From Candidatus Woesebacteria bacterium (GTDB lineage: Bacteria > Patescibacteriota > Microgenomatia > UBA8517): DNA of 64,000 nt. Positions 19,046 through 27,772 of this stretch are shown piece after piece. A model generated the notes under the pieces. That model saw only the letters and a program-made list of their open reading frames with translations, was not told the DNA's origin and did not search any database. Made by a program: the position numbers and the translations under genes. Where the stretch lies: positions 271,123 to 335,122 of the forward strand of contig CP058602.1 of NCBI GenBank assembly GCA_013426185.1, given 5' to 3'. Within the stretch, counting starts at the first letter, position 1, and each line of letters opens with the position of its first letter.

Positions 19046-19821
19046 TCCGAAGATCTAATTTTAAGACTATCACTAAATGTTTTACTTTTATAGAATATCG
19101 GCAAGAAAAAAGAAAAAAGAGGCGACAGTAAGCTTATTACTACCATAAATACATTAGGAATTCTTTTCTTAGAAAATATATGAATATTCCAACCATTAGT
19201 AGAAAATTTTAAACCCAAATCCTTAGCAAATATATCAAGGCTCTTTTTGGTGTACAAGACAATATGCTGGCCACCATCAGGGACAAAATACCACCAATCT
19301 TGAGGTGGGTTCCCGTTGTGAAGCATTGTACTAAATAATAGAATCTCTGGCTTGTATTTCTTAATCAGGTTTTTAATTTCTTTATGTGGATCTTCAAAAT
19401 GTTCAAACAACTCAAAAGCGGTAACCATACTATATTTTCTGCCATTTTTGTCTTCAAAACCTCTAGCAAAAATATTTTCAGCATACTTGTCAGTCCAATA
19501 AGCATCTACTCCGATATCTCTTAGCATCCTAGTCATCAAGCCATAACCGCCTCCGTAATCTAAAACCTTAGATTTTTTACCAATAAAAAGTAGATTAATT
19601 AAAGCAGCAATTTTAGAAAGTTTTATATTTCTAGATATTACCCCGGTGTCTGAATCAATAATAGGAGAAGAATAAGCTTCCTTTAACCAATAAGGCTTTT
19701 CTGTTTGTATCAAGCCACAATTATCACACTTAAAATACTTTACTTTATATCTGCGCAATATCTTTTTGCTAGCGAAAAAACTTGAGTTAGAACCGCAGAT
19801 CAAACATTCCATATCAAACAA
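19042..19821 (-). CDS. Class I SAM methyltransferase with N-terminal CxxC...CxxC zinc ribbon
   Basis: CLIC/CDNC, VLDYGGGYG, AFELFEHF; start probably 19812. Confidence 0.85.
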   Translation of the reverse strand: MFDMECLICGSNSSFFASKKILRRYKVKYFKCDNCGLIQTEKPYWLKEAYSSPIIDSDTGVISRNIKLSKIAALINLLFIGKKSKVLDYGGGYGLMTRMLRDIGVDAYWTDKYAENIFARGFEDKNGRKYSMVTAFELFEHFEDPHKEIKNLIKKYKPEILLFSTMLHNGNPPQDWWYFVPDGGQHIVLYTKKSLDIFAKDLGLKFSTNGWNIHIFSKKRIPNVFMVVISLLSPLFSFFLPIFYKSKTFSDSLKIRSSE

Positions 19822-20743
19822 AAATTCTCTTAAAATACAGATACGGTATCAATAATAAAGACTTTAAAAAATTCTTATAATTACCTCCAAACAATTTTAT
19901 CCAAGTATACCTATCCGCATCAACGTCAACTGCAACCGCGCTAGGATGAATAATCTTGTCTATACTTTCTAATCTAACACTAACCAGATAATTCGGCATA
20001 CTAGCACTGTGTGTCGCACTTTTATCAAAACCAATATTTAGAACTAAATTACTGTTAGGGACAATAGCCAAACCTCTATTAACCCAACAAGTGTAAACCC
20101 ATTGATAATCCCAAGTGTCAAGAATACCTAATTTAACAGACATAAATACACTTCTCCAATAAATTCTTTCCCAAAAATTCATCTCGTGCTCGATCTCCTT
20201 AAACCTTTTGCTATTTAGATCTATGCCGAAAGAGTATTTTTTCCAAGCTCTTCTCCAAGTTGCCCAACCCCAAATATGGGGGTATTTGGAAAAATAATAG
20301 CTAGCCATCTTTTCACCTCTATGAACACCATTCTGAAAATTATTGCCGCTTATATGCATAACCTGTGAGTTACCTCTGTACCTTTTAAGAAGGGCCTCGC
20401 AATAATTAAAAAATGAGGGATCGGGTAAACAATCGTCTTCTAAAATGATCCCCTCTTCCACATTTTCAAAGAACCAACTAATAGCTTCGCTTACTGCTTT
20501 TCTACAGCCCAAATTACTCTCTCTGTAGAGTCTTTCGACCTTACAAGGCCAATCAATCTTTTCTGTTATTTCTCTTGTCTCCTCACATTTTTCTTTTTCA
20601 CCCATTCTATCTTTTCTAGGGCCATCAGCAGCAATAAAAAGACGAGAAGGTCTAACTTCTCTAATTGCTTTAAAAACCCTTTTCGTTGTCTCGGGCCGAT
20701 TAAAAATCAGAAAAAGTATTGGAACATCAAACCTTTTTGCCAT
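19814..20743 (-). CDS. GT-A fold nucleotide-diphospho-sugar transferase (HlpA-like)
   Basis: LIFNRP, AADGPR, IILEDDCLP, WGWATWRRAW, WDYQW, NIGF. Confidence 0.85.
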   Translation of the reverse strand: MAKRFDVPILFLIFNRPETTKRVFKAIREVRPSRLFIAADGPRKDRMGEKEKCEETREITEKIDWPCKVERLYRESNLGCRKAVSEAISWFFENVEEGIILEDDCLPDPSFFNYCEALLKRYRGNSQVMHISGNNFQNGVHRGEKMASYYFSKYPHIWGWATWRRAWKKYSFGIDLNSKRFKEIEHEMNFWERIYWRSVFMSVKLGILDTWDYQWVYTCWVNRGLAIVPNSNLVLNIGFDKSATHSASMPNYLVSVRLESIDKIIHPSAVAVDVDADRYTWIKLFGGNYKNFLKSLLLIPYLYFKRIFV

Positions 20744-22115
20744 ATTTTTTCTCTCCTAAAAAACCACATAAAACCAGAAAAAAAAGAACAAAAACCAAGA
20801 CTTGCCAAACAATGCTAAATCTCTCTAAAGATCCCGATAAAGCTTTAAATTCTATATCTGTGGATATCAATCTGTAAAAAATAGATCCAAAAAATAATAT
20901 AAAAAGATACCATAATAAGAAAGTAGATAGCAAAAAAACTTCACTCTTAAGAACAATACGCCTATGTTTCAAAAAAATCATAATAGTAAACAAGATTAAA
21001 ATAAATACCTCCCAAATAACATATCTAAATATCATTACTAAAGGATCTAACAACCAAGATAAATTTATATTACCCGAGCTCAAAACAAACTGTTCGACAA
21101 AACCAAATTGATCTGTAAAAAACTTATTTGGGGTAAGACGATACCACTGATTATATTTGATAATAACAAAACCGACTATATAATTTATTGCAAAAAATAC
21201 TAACAAATACAAAATACTTTTGTCCTTAAGCAATTTCCTTTTAATTAGAAGATAAATTATCATAAAAGCGAAAACTGCCATCCAAACAGGCTCATTTCTA
21301 GTAAACCGAGCAAAGGAAAATAAAAGAGTAGCAACAAAAAAATCCTTACTTTTATCTTTTGAGAGCCATATAATCAAATAGAAAACCCCTAGAACCAGAA
21401 ATGTGGAATGGGTTAAATTTGTTAAAGGCTGAATAGAATGTTGATAAACTAAAGGGAAAGAGGAAACCGCAAAAGAAGCCACTATTGCAAACTTACGGCT
21501 AGAATACTTTCTTACAAAAGCATAGACTCCCATAATCAAAGCAAAAAAAACAAGCGTATAAACATATTGAGGATTAGTGCTACCAGCAACATACAAGATT
21601 GAATGCAGGAGAGAAGTTAAAAGGGGATATAAAATATCATAATAAGACTGCGCCGGAAAGAAAATACTCTGACTTTCCACAATCAATTTGGCCCTGTAAT
21701 CATACATCTGAACAGCATCCCACATCCAAATCGGCCAATATAGATTTCTAATTAAAGAAGTCAACAAAAAAAACACTATTCCTCCAACCAGAACTTTCTC
21801 TAACAAGTCCAGCTTCTTAAAAAACCCAACAACGGAAAAAATATCTAAAGAATATTTATTTTTTAGCATAAGATTGAGCAAAGTTAATAGCACATTTACA
21901 CCAATCAAAAAAAAGAGAATATTTTGAAAATTAAATTTATAACCAACAAATCCCAATAAAAACAGACCAAAAGTGGAAAAACCAATGCCCAGCATAAACC
22001 CCGAAGATAATTTTTCTGCCAAACCCGCCTTAAGTCGTAATAATTTTAAAAAATTAATACCTAGAAAAAGTATTAAAAGTATAAAAGTTATTTGTTTCAA
22101 AATACTTGCTATCAT
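20727..22115 (-). CDS. Polytopic membrane protein, GT-C-like
   Basis: WMWDAVQMYD..AK loop, YPLL, RNE motif, many TM segments. Confidence 0.6.
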   Translation of the reverse strand: MIASILKQITFILLILFLGINFLKLLRLKAGLAEKLSSGFMLGIGFSTFGLFLLGFVGYKFNFQNILFFLIGVNVLLTLLNLMLKNKYSLDIFSVVGFFKKLDLLEKVLVGGIVFFLLTSLIRNLYWPIWMWDAVQMYDYRAKLIVESQSIFFPAQSYYDILYPLLTSLLHSILYVAGSTNPQYVYTLVFFALIMGVYAFVRKYSSRKFAIVASFAVSSFPLVYQHSIQPLTNLTHSTFLVLGVFYLIIWLSKDKSKDFFVATLLFSFARFTRNEPVWMAVFAFMIIYLLIKRKLLKDKSILYLLVFFAINYIVGFVIIKYNQWYRLTPNKFFTDQFGFVEQFVLSSGNINLSWLLDPLVMIFRYVIWEVFILILFTIMIFLKHRRIVLKSEVFLLSTFLLWYLFILFFGSIFYRLISTDIEFKALSGSLERFSIVWQVLVFVLFFLVLCGFLGEKKYGKKV

Positions 22116-23212
22116 TTCTTTATTTTTATAATTCCCCAGACATCTTTTGTCCTGAAATTATCAGGATTATAATCTTCGTTAACCACTTTCTGCACATAGT
22201 TACCACCTTCTTCTATTATCAAATATATTATTTCGTCGGAACTCACAGAAAAGTCAGGCCAAATATAATCCTTTTTAGGTGGACCATCATAAACGCTGTG
22301 GAAGTACCCCTTTGCTATCAAAACATAATCAAAATCTTTAATATTAACTCCCGAATAAAAATTTTCTATCTTTCTATTCCCCAAAAATGGCCTCCAGTAT
22401 TCTTTTCTTGCATCTACACTATGAGGCGCTGATTCGTCTGGCAAAAGAATATAAGAGCCTTCAGACGTGTTATCTCGTACCAAAGCAATCACCTTGTAAA
22501 AAAGACCCCACTTTAACTGCATTTTTTGATCATAAGAATAATCAGGATGACTAAGTATAAAAACAAGATCAGAAAAAGCATCTCTAAATGTAGCTGCAAG
22601 ATTATTCATAAAATAAAAAAATAACAAAAAAAACAAAACAGCTAAAATAATGTTTCTCCCAAGCAAAGAGGTGGCATCTTTTGTCATCTTTCCAGTTTCT
22701 CTCAAACTCTCTCTAATCATCTCGGATTCTGAAAAAGACCGGAATCCTAACTTTCTAAAGATGCTTACCGCTTGTTCTTTTGTAAAGAAAAAATCTACTT
22801 TAAGTAAAAAAAGCGCTAAGCTCAAATAAACAATGTTAATAAAATTCTGAGGCTGTATGTGATAAGTCGCAAAAACATAATTTGGGTAATTTCTAGCATC
22901 TAGATAAATCATCAACAGATAAACAATAACTAAAGGCAAAAACAAAAATAAATTAACTTTAACTATTATTTTCTCAAACACGCTCTCTTTGTATTTTTTG
23001 TCTTTTAACTTATCATAAAAAATAAAGACGACAGACAAGAGAGATAATACTAAAAAAAACCTTGAGTCAACCAAAATATACTTTCTCAAAAAACCAATAT
23101 ACATATAGGATTCAAGGAGAAGAAAAAAATAAGTAATTCCAATTAAATAAGGGAAGATAGATTTGTTTAAATCTAACAATTTATTTTTTCTTTCTGTTTT
23201 TTTCTTACTCAT
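22112..23212 (-). CDS. Hypothetical membrane protein
   Basis: N-terminal TM block (YPNYVFATYHI, similar to FPNFVFSRYHI in the next gene) plus a soluble C-terminal domain. Confidence 0.6.
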   Translation of the reverse strand: MSKKKTERKNKLLDLNKSIFPYLIGITYFFLLLESYMYIGFLRKYILVDSRFFLVLSLLSVVFIFYDKLKDKKYKESVFEKIIVKVNLFLFLPLVIVYLLMIYLDARNYPNYVFATYHIQPQNFINIVYLSLALFLLKVDFFFTKEQAVSIFRKLGFRSFSESEMIRESLRETGKMTKDATSLLGRNIILAVLFFLLFFYFMNNLAATFRDAFSDLVFILSHPDYSYDQKMQLKWGLFYKVIALVRDNTSEGSYILLPDESAPHSVDARKEYWRPFLGNRKIENFYSGVNIKDFDYVLIAKGYFHSVYDGPPKKDYIWPDFSVSSDEIIYLIIEEGGNYVQKVVNEDYNPDNFRTKDVWGIIKIKK

Positions 23213-23215
23213 AAA

Positions 23216-25270
23216 TCAGAAATCAAAAACTAAGCTACAAGTTTGTCTTATACGGGCCTTGGAAAAAACAACTAAAACGCAATTACCCTCCTTATAATAA
23301 ATTTCCTTAAAAGGTTCAAAACCATTTTCATAATCACCTTCCCTTGAGAGATTTATCAAACTCTCTGATAACTGCTTAGTTAGCCGATCCCTTTTCGATA
23401 AATCACCATCTTCATAATCTAAAACTATCTTATTCTTAACACCCTCAAATCTCAAAAAACGCTCAAGAGAAAATATTGGTTCGTAACTCCAAGGATTATC
23501 AGCTCTAAAAATAATAACCCTATTATCTTTATCTCTGACTTCTCGAGCAAGAGTAAGCACATTTTCTGTAAACAGATTTGTATACTTCACTGTATTCTCT
23601 TGTGCTCTTATCAGGGTATAATAACCTCTCAGCGGAACAAAGACAAGAAGTGTACTAAAAAAGAACCAATAAAAAAACAACACAATAAAATTCTTTAGTG
23701 TCTTATCAAAAATATAAGAACCTTTAACAGCTCTAGCAAATAAATATAAAGAAGATAACCAAAAAATATACTTTGATAAAATACCGGGGAAATCATATCT
23801 CCACCCACTAGGCCAGCTGCCTGAATAAAACACAAATTGAGAAAGATAAACCAAATAAGAAAAAAATATCAAAAATAATGAAAACTTATTTAAAATTGCG
23901 AACTGTATACGCTTCTTACTCCTTAAAAATGTAAAAGAAATCAAGAGAATTGGAAAAAAAATCAAATTCAGGCCAGTAAATGAGTTTCTTAAACCCAAAA
24001 CTAAATTCTTCAAAAGAACTGATTCATTAACATCATTAGCATAGAAGTTTTGACCAACTTTACTTACAGCCACAAAAACACCTAAAAATACAAAAAAAGA
24101 GAACAAAATATGCAAAGATAAATAAAATAAACCCTTCTTATTATCCTTGATAATTAGAGGATGAGCTAAAATCAAATAAATAGCAGGTAACGCCAAAACA
24201 ACCATATTTTCTTTTGATCCTATAGCCAAAATACCCCCCAACAGGAACAAAAGCCAAAAGAAAAGAGATTTGGGTTTACCATTAAGGATTTTGTATAAAG
24301 AAAGAGAATACAGAGAAAGACCTAGTACCACATAAATTTCACCAGGTCCAAGACGAGCCCAAATATCGTACCAGTATTTGTCGGTCATAATAAACAGGGT
24401 AAAGATGATTCCAGATAACAAACCAAAATACCGAGAAACCAAAAAAGTTACTGAAAAGACAAAAATAGAAAGAATGACAAAACGAGCAAAATACCAAAGA
24501 AAAGGGTTGTCACGCCACAAAGCGCTTTCAACTATCCGCACTAAATAATAAGATGGCCTAAACCTGAGAGCTTTTCCATAATTGCCGACTTCTGTTTTTA
24601 AAAGAAGTTTAGGTATTTCACCAAACAAGATTTTCTTATCAGATCCTAAAAAATAAGCTGTTTCATGATCATCTATCATTGACCATTTAGCCTTAAAATT
24701 TTCTTTAAATATAAGAAAACTAAAAACTAAAGAAAAAATAAGAATCAAAACCAAGGATAACTTAGTTTTTGGAGGATTGAACAACTTTTCTAAAGAAAAA
24801 AAGAACTTAGATTTAGCAAACTTTTCAATTAATGCATAAACTAAACTAAAATTATTTCTAAAATCTTTTTTTGAATCAAGAATTGTTCTCAAAAAAATAA
24901 CGGCAAAAAAAACTAGCAGATAATTTAATGGGGCTAAAGAAATGTGATACCTAGAAAAAACGAAATTAGGAAAATTCAATCTTTCTTCTATATTTAAGAA
25001 AATTGCAACAAACAAAATAAAAGGGGTTATGTAGAACACTGCTCTTTTTAATAAATAAGGGTAACGAACCTTATAGAAAATAATCAAGGCAACAGAAATA
25101 AGAAGAAAAACTTGAATAGGAACTTTTATATGATTAAAAACAACACCGGGATAAACAAAAACTTCAGCCAATAACAAAAAAAGAACAAAAGATAGAAAAA
25201 AAAGAAAAATTATAAATGATACTGTTTTTTTGGTCTTAGTCATAATATTGAAATTAAATGATAAACTCAA
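23216..25270 (-). CDS. Large polytopic membrane protein, GT-C-like
   Basis: MIDDHE loop, RFRPSY, GSKE motif; start may be ATG at 25243. Confidence 0.6.
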   Translation of the reverse strand: MSLSFNFNIMTKTKKTVSFIIFLFFLSFVLFLLLAEVFVYPGVVFNHIKVPIQVFLLISVALIIFYKVRYPYLLKRAVFYITPFILFVAIFLNIEERLNFPNFVFSRYHISLAPLNYLLVFFAVIFLRTILDSKKDFRNNFSLVYALIEKFAKSKFFFSLEKLFNPPKTKLSLVLILIFSLVFSFLIFKENFKAKWSMIDDHETAYFLGSDKKILFGEIPKLLLKTEVGNYGKALRFRPSYYLVRIVESALWRDNPFLWYFARFVILSIFVFSVTFLVSRYFGLLSGIIFTLFIMTDKYWYDIWARLGPGEIYVVLGLSLYSLSLYKILNGKPKSLFFWLLFLLGGILAIGSKENMVVLALPAIYLILAHPLIIKDNKKGLFYLSLHILFSFFVFLGVFVAVSKVGQNFYANDVNESVLLKNLVLGLRNSFTGLNLIFFPILLISFTFLRSKKRIQFAILNKFSLFLIFFSYLVYLSQFVFYSGSWPSGWRYDFPGILSKYIFWLSSLYLFARAVKGSYIFDKTLKNFIVLFFYWFFFSTLLVFVPLRGYYTLIRAQENTVKYTNLFTENVLTLAREVRDKDNRVIIFRADNPWSYEPIFSLERFLRFEGVKNKIVLDYEDGDLSKRDRLTKQLSESLINLSREGDYENGFEPFKEIYYKEGNCVLVVFSKARIRQTCSLVFDF

Positions 25271-25371
25271 CTATCAGACGCAGACAAAGCATATTAGTAT
25301 AAACTCCCCCTATTTTAGCATCTTTAAAAATTTTTTGAGTATAAAACAGAAGTTAACTTAAAACTTATGAT

Positions 25372-25620
25372 CAGATTATAGAAACAAATTACAATATACA
25401 AGCTCCAAATTACAAACTAACTTAAAACTTAAAAATCAAAAGTCAAAAATATAACTCAAAAATTAAAACTCAAAAGTTAAAACATTGATTATAGAATTTT
25501 GATTTATGATTTATGAATTAAGAAGCAATCAACTCCGATATCCGAAGGCTGATAGCTGAAATCCGAATTCTTTCAACTTTGAACTATTGAATATTGATTT
25601 AAGAATTAGGAATCTCATTC
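25372..25620. repeat. Intergenic heptamer mosaic R4
   Basis: caaatta, aaaactt/aaaagtc, gatttat, tccgata/gctgata, actttga arrays; 25487-25518 is the inverse of 8436-8467. Confidence 0.85.
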
Positions 25621-25666
25621 ATCTTTATTCTAAAACTACCAAAATTCTTCCTAGATGCACAACGAA

Positions 25667-25695
25667 TTGCCTTAAGACCAGATTTGTTGTAATAT
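25667..25695 (+). promoter_or_regulatory. Sigma70-type promoter TTGCCT-N17-TAATAT
   Basis: Consensus-like hexamers with a 17-nt spacer upstream of small ORF 25750. Confidence 0.6.
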
Positions 25696-25749
25696 ACCAT
25701 TAGTAGGGTAAAAGTTGGCTCTTTCAAATTCTCAAAACAGGAGGCAAAG

Positions 25750-25950
25750 ATGTCTGGCCCTGGAGATAAAAGTGGAGTATCTGATATACAAGATAAGTTT
25801 GGAGTTGACGGTTACACTGTCTCTTCGAACGATTATGGTGGGCAACATCATACCGTCTTTGATTCTGACGGTGGTTCATACCGATTTTCTTGGGATACCG
25901 ACAGTAAAGGTGAATACGTCGATGGTAGCGCTCACATAAGTGAGCAATAA
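25750..25950 (+). CDS. 66-aa acidic small protein (MSGPGDK start)
   Basis: AGGAGG SD at 25739-25744, promoter upstream, terminator downstream; N-terminus shared with 11512-11703. Confidence 0.8.
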   Translation: MSGPGDKSGVSDIQDKFGVDGYTVSSNDYGGQHHTVFDSDGGSYRFSWDTDSKGEYVDGSAHISEQ

Positions 25951-25957
25951 TCTTTTT

Positions 25958-26005
25958 TGCTACAGGTCCTACCTCTATAGTAGCCAACTGCCTGTAGCAT
26001 TTTTT
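25958..26005 (+). terminator. Terminator/attenuator-like hairpin between the small ORF and 26008
   Basis: tgctacagg/cctgtagca 9-bp stem, 24-nt loop containing agccaact, followed by TTTTTT. Confidence 0.65.
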
Positions 26006-26007
26006 AT

Positions 26008-26376
26008 ATGAGATACTTTACGGGAAAGAACAAAATTGAATTGCCTTTATCCAAATCAAAATGGAAGGAAATCCTTAAAGTCGTTAGGGCGGATGAAAGA
26101 AACCTAAGCGAAGAAGATGCCAAAAATATCTTCTGCCTATCTTTTGAGTTTTTCCTAAAAGGCAAACTTTCAATAGATGATATATCTTCAATCAATGGTA
26201 GGCTTTTGGAAGCCATAAGCGGTAGAACCAATAAATACCCAGAACTAATTGACGGACTAGAAGCAGGATCAGAACTAGGCTTTTACATTAGAGACATAAA
26301 CTTGATACTAAACTTTAAAAACTTTCTTGAAGAAGTCTTCTCTGTTTATAATTCACTCCGCTCTCAGACAAAATAA
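26008..26376 (+). CDS. Hypothetical 122-aa helical protein
   Basis: Open frame starting just after the terminator U-tract; no recognised motif. Confidence 0.7.
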   Translation: MRYFTGKNKIELPLSKSKWKEILKVVRADERNLSEEDAKNIFCLSFEFFLKGKLSIDDISSINGRLLEAISGRTNKYPELIDGLEAGSELGFYIRDINLILNFKNFLEEVFSVYNSLRSQTK

Positions 26377-26645
26377 CAATTAACAGTTAACAAATTAACA
26401 AATTAACTCAAAACTTGAGATTAGAATAAAGAACATAGAACAAAGGGAAAAATTACCCGCCTGCAAAAGCTATCGCTTTAGCGATTGCGGGCAGGCAAAT
26501 TCCAAATTCCAAATTACAAACAAAAAATTTCAACTTTTAACTTTGCACTTTGAACTTTTAACTATTTATTTTTATTAATTTGGCTTTCTACTTACTACGT
26601 TCTACTTTCTACTTAAATTTATTTTAACTTTGAACTTTTAACTAT
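26373..26645. repeat. Intergenic heptamer mosaic R5 with hairpin P2
   Basis: ttaacaa, agaacat, P2 palindrome 26456-26496, caaattc, aactttt, tttctac arrays; about 100 bp near-identical to 30075-30172 and about 55 bp to 10196-10250. Confidence 0.9.
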
Positions 26646-27404
26646 CATTCTTCTTCCCCAATTATTGAGCTTGTGAAGGAATAAGATCAAGGGGTTTTTG
26701 GTGTATTTTTGGACAATATCCTCGTCTTTTGTAAGTAATTTTTCAAATGATGTTGAAGAAGCATTTTCTCCGCTCATTCTGAATGATGAAAGATTTTTAT
26801 TAATTAAAAGAGGCATTCTCTCTTTTGAAATCTTAAGCCAAAGGTCGTATTCCATAACAAAGTGATCAGTGCCAATAAATGGGCCGAATTTTTGCCACGC
26901 CTTGCGGGTTATAAATACGGAAGGTTGAATAAGATAATTTACAATTAAAAGTATTGTTCTTAAGTTTAAAAATAAAAGTAAATTTTTATAGAAAGTAACA
27001 AGTTTTGCCACTTCTTTCCCCGCGCTATTTACCACTTTTCCTTTCCCTGCCACCCAAAGACAATCGGGATTTTTTTGATAAGTTTTTGCAACTTCAAAAA
27101 AAGCGTCTTTTTCATAAAAATCATCAGCATTAATAAAAGCTAAGATTTCACCTGTTGCTTTATCAAAGCCCTTATTAATTGCATCCCATTGGCCTTTATC
27201 TTTTTTGGATTCAAATTTAATAATTTTTGGATATTTTTGAGCGTATTTTCTAATAATTTCCAAAGTTCCGTCGGTTGACGCCCCATCCTGAATAATCACT
27301 TCTAAATTTGGGTAATTTTGGGAAATAATAGAGTCAATCGTCTTTTTAATAAATTGTTTTTTATTAAAAGAGGGAATGACTACTGAAATTTTGGGTAAGT
27401 CCAT
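26619..27404 (-). CDS. GT2 glycosyltransferase (WfgS/WcaE-like)
   Basis: SVVIPSFN, QDGASTDGT, AINKGF, FINADD, QPSVF, MEYDLWL. Confidence 0.9.
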   Translation of the reverse strand: MDLPKISVVIPSFNKKQFIKKTIDSIISQNYPNLEVIIQDGASTDGTLEIIRKYAQKYPKIIKFESKKDKGQWDAINKGFDKATGEILAFINADDFYEKDAFFEVAKTYQKNPDCLWVAGKGKVVNSAGKEVAKLVTFYKNLLLFLNLRTILLIVNYLIQPSVFITRKAWQKFGPFIGTDHFVMEYDLWLKISKERMPLLINKNLSSFRMSGENASSTSFEKLLTKDEDIVQKYTKNPLILFLHKLNNWGRRMIVKSSKLK

Positions 27405-27410
27405 AGGATT

Positions 27411-27419
27411 ATTATAACA
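27411..27419 (-). promoter_or_regulatory. Extended -10 TGtTATAAT 6 nt before ATG (leaderless)
   Basis: Minus strand reads tgttataat aatcct ATG. Confidence 0.65.
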
Positions 27420-27772
27420 GGGTGAAAGGTAAAAGGTGAAAGTTAAAAGAAATTTGGACTTCAGACTTCGGACATCGGCTGCCGGATATCAGCTGCCAGA
27501 AGTTAGTCAAAGTTGGTGAAGCTGGCCAAAAGATAGTATTTAGTATCTTGTATTATGTATTATGCATAAAAATGCATCGTCCCCATAATACATAATTCAT
27601 AATACTAAGTTCAGATTTTTTCCCTTTGTTCTTTGTTCTAATCTAGTAAGTAAAAGGCAAGAGGTAAAAGGTAAAAGAGATGCAAGTAGAAAGTAGAAAG
27701 CCAAATTCTATAATCTACAATCTATAATCAATAATCTAATTTTTGACTTTTGACTTTTAAGTTTTGAGTTAA
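27420..27772. repeat. Intergenic heptamer mosaic R6, left arm of the long inverted repeat
   Basis: 27584-27707 is the exact reverse complement of 30156-30279; 27541-27564 of 30299-30322; 27686-27748 of 10155-10217. Confidence 0.95.

Noticed and set aside
25715-25987. Alternative ORFs 25715-25939 (+) and 25724-25987 (-)
   Set aside because: They overlap 25750-25950, which has the SD, promoter spacing and shared GPGDK start
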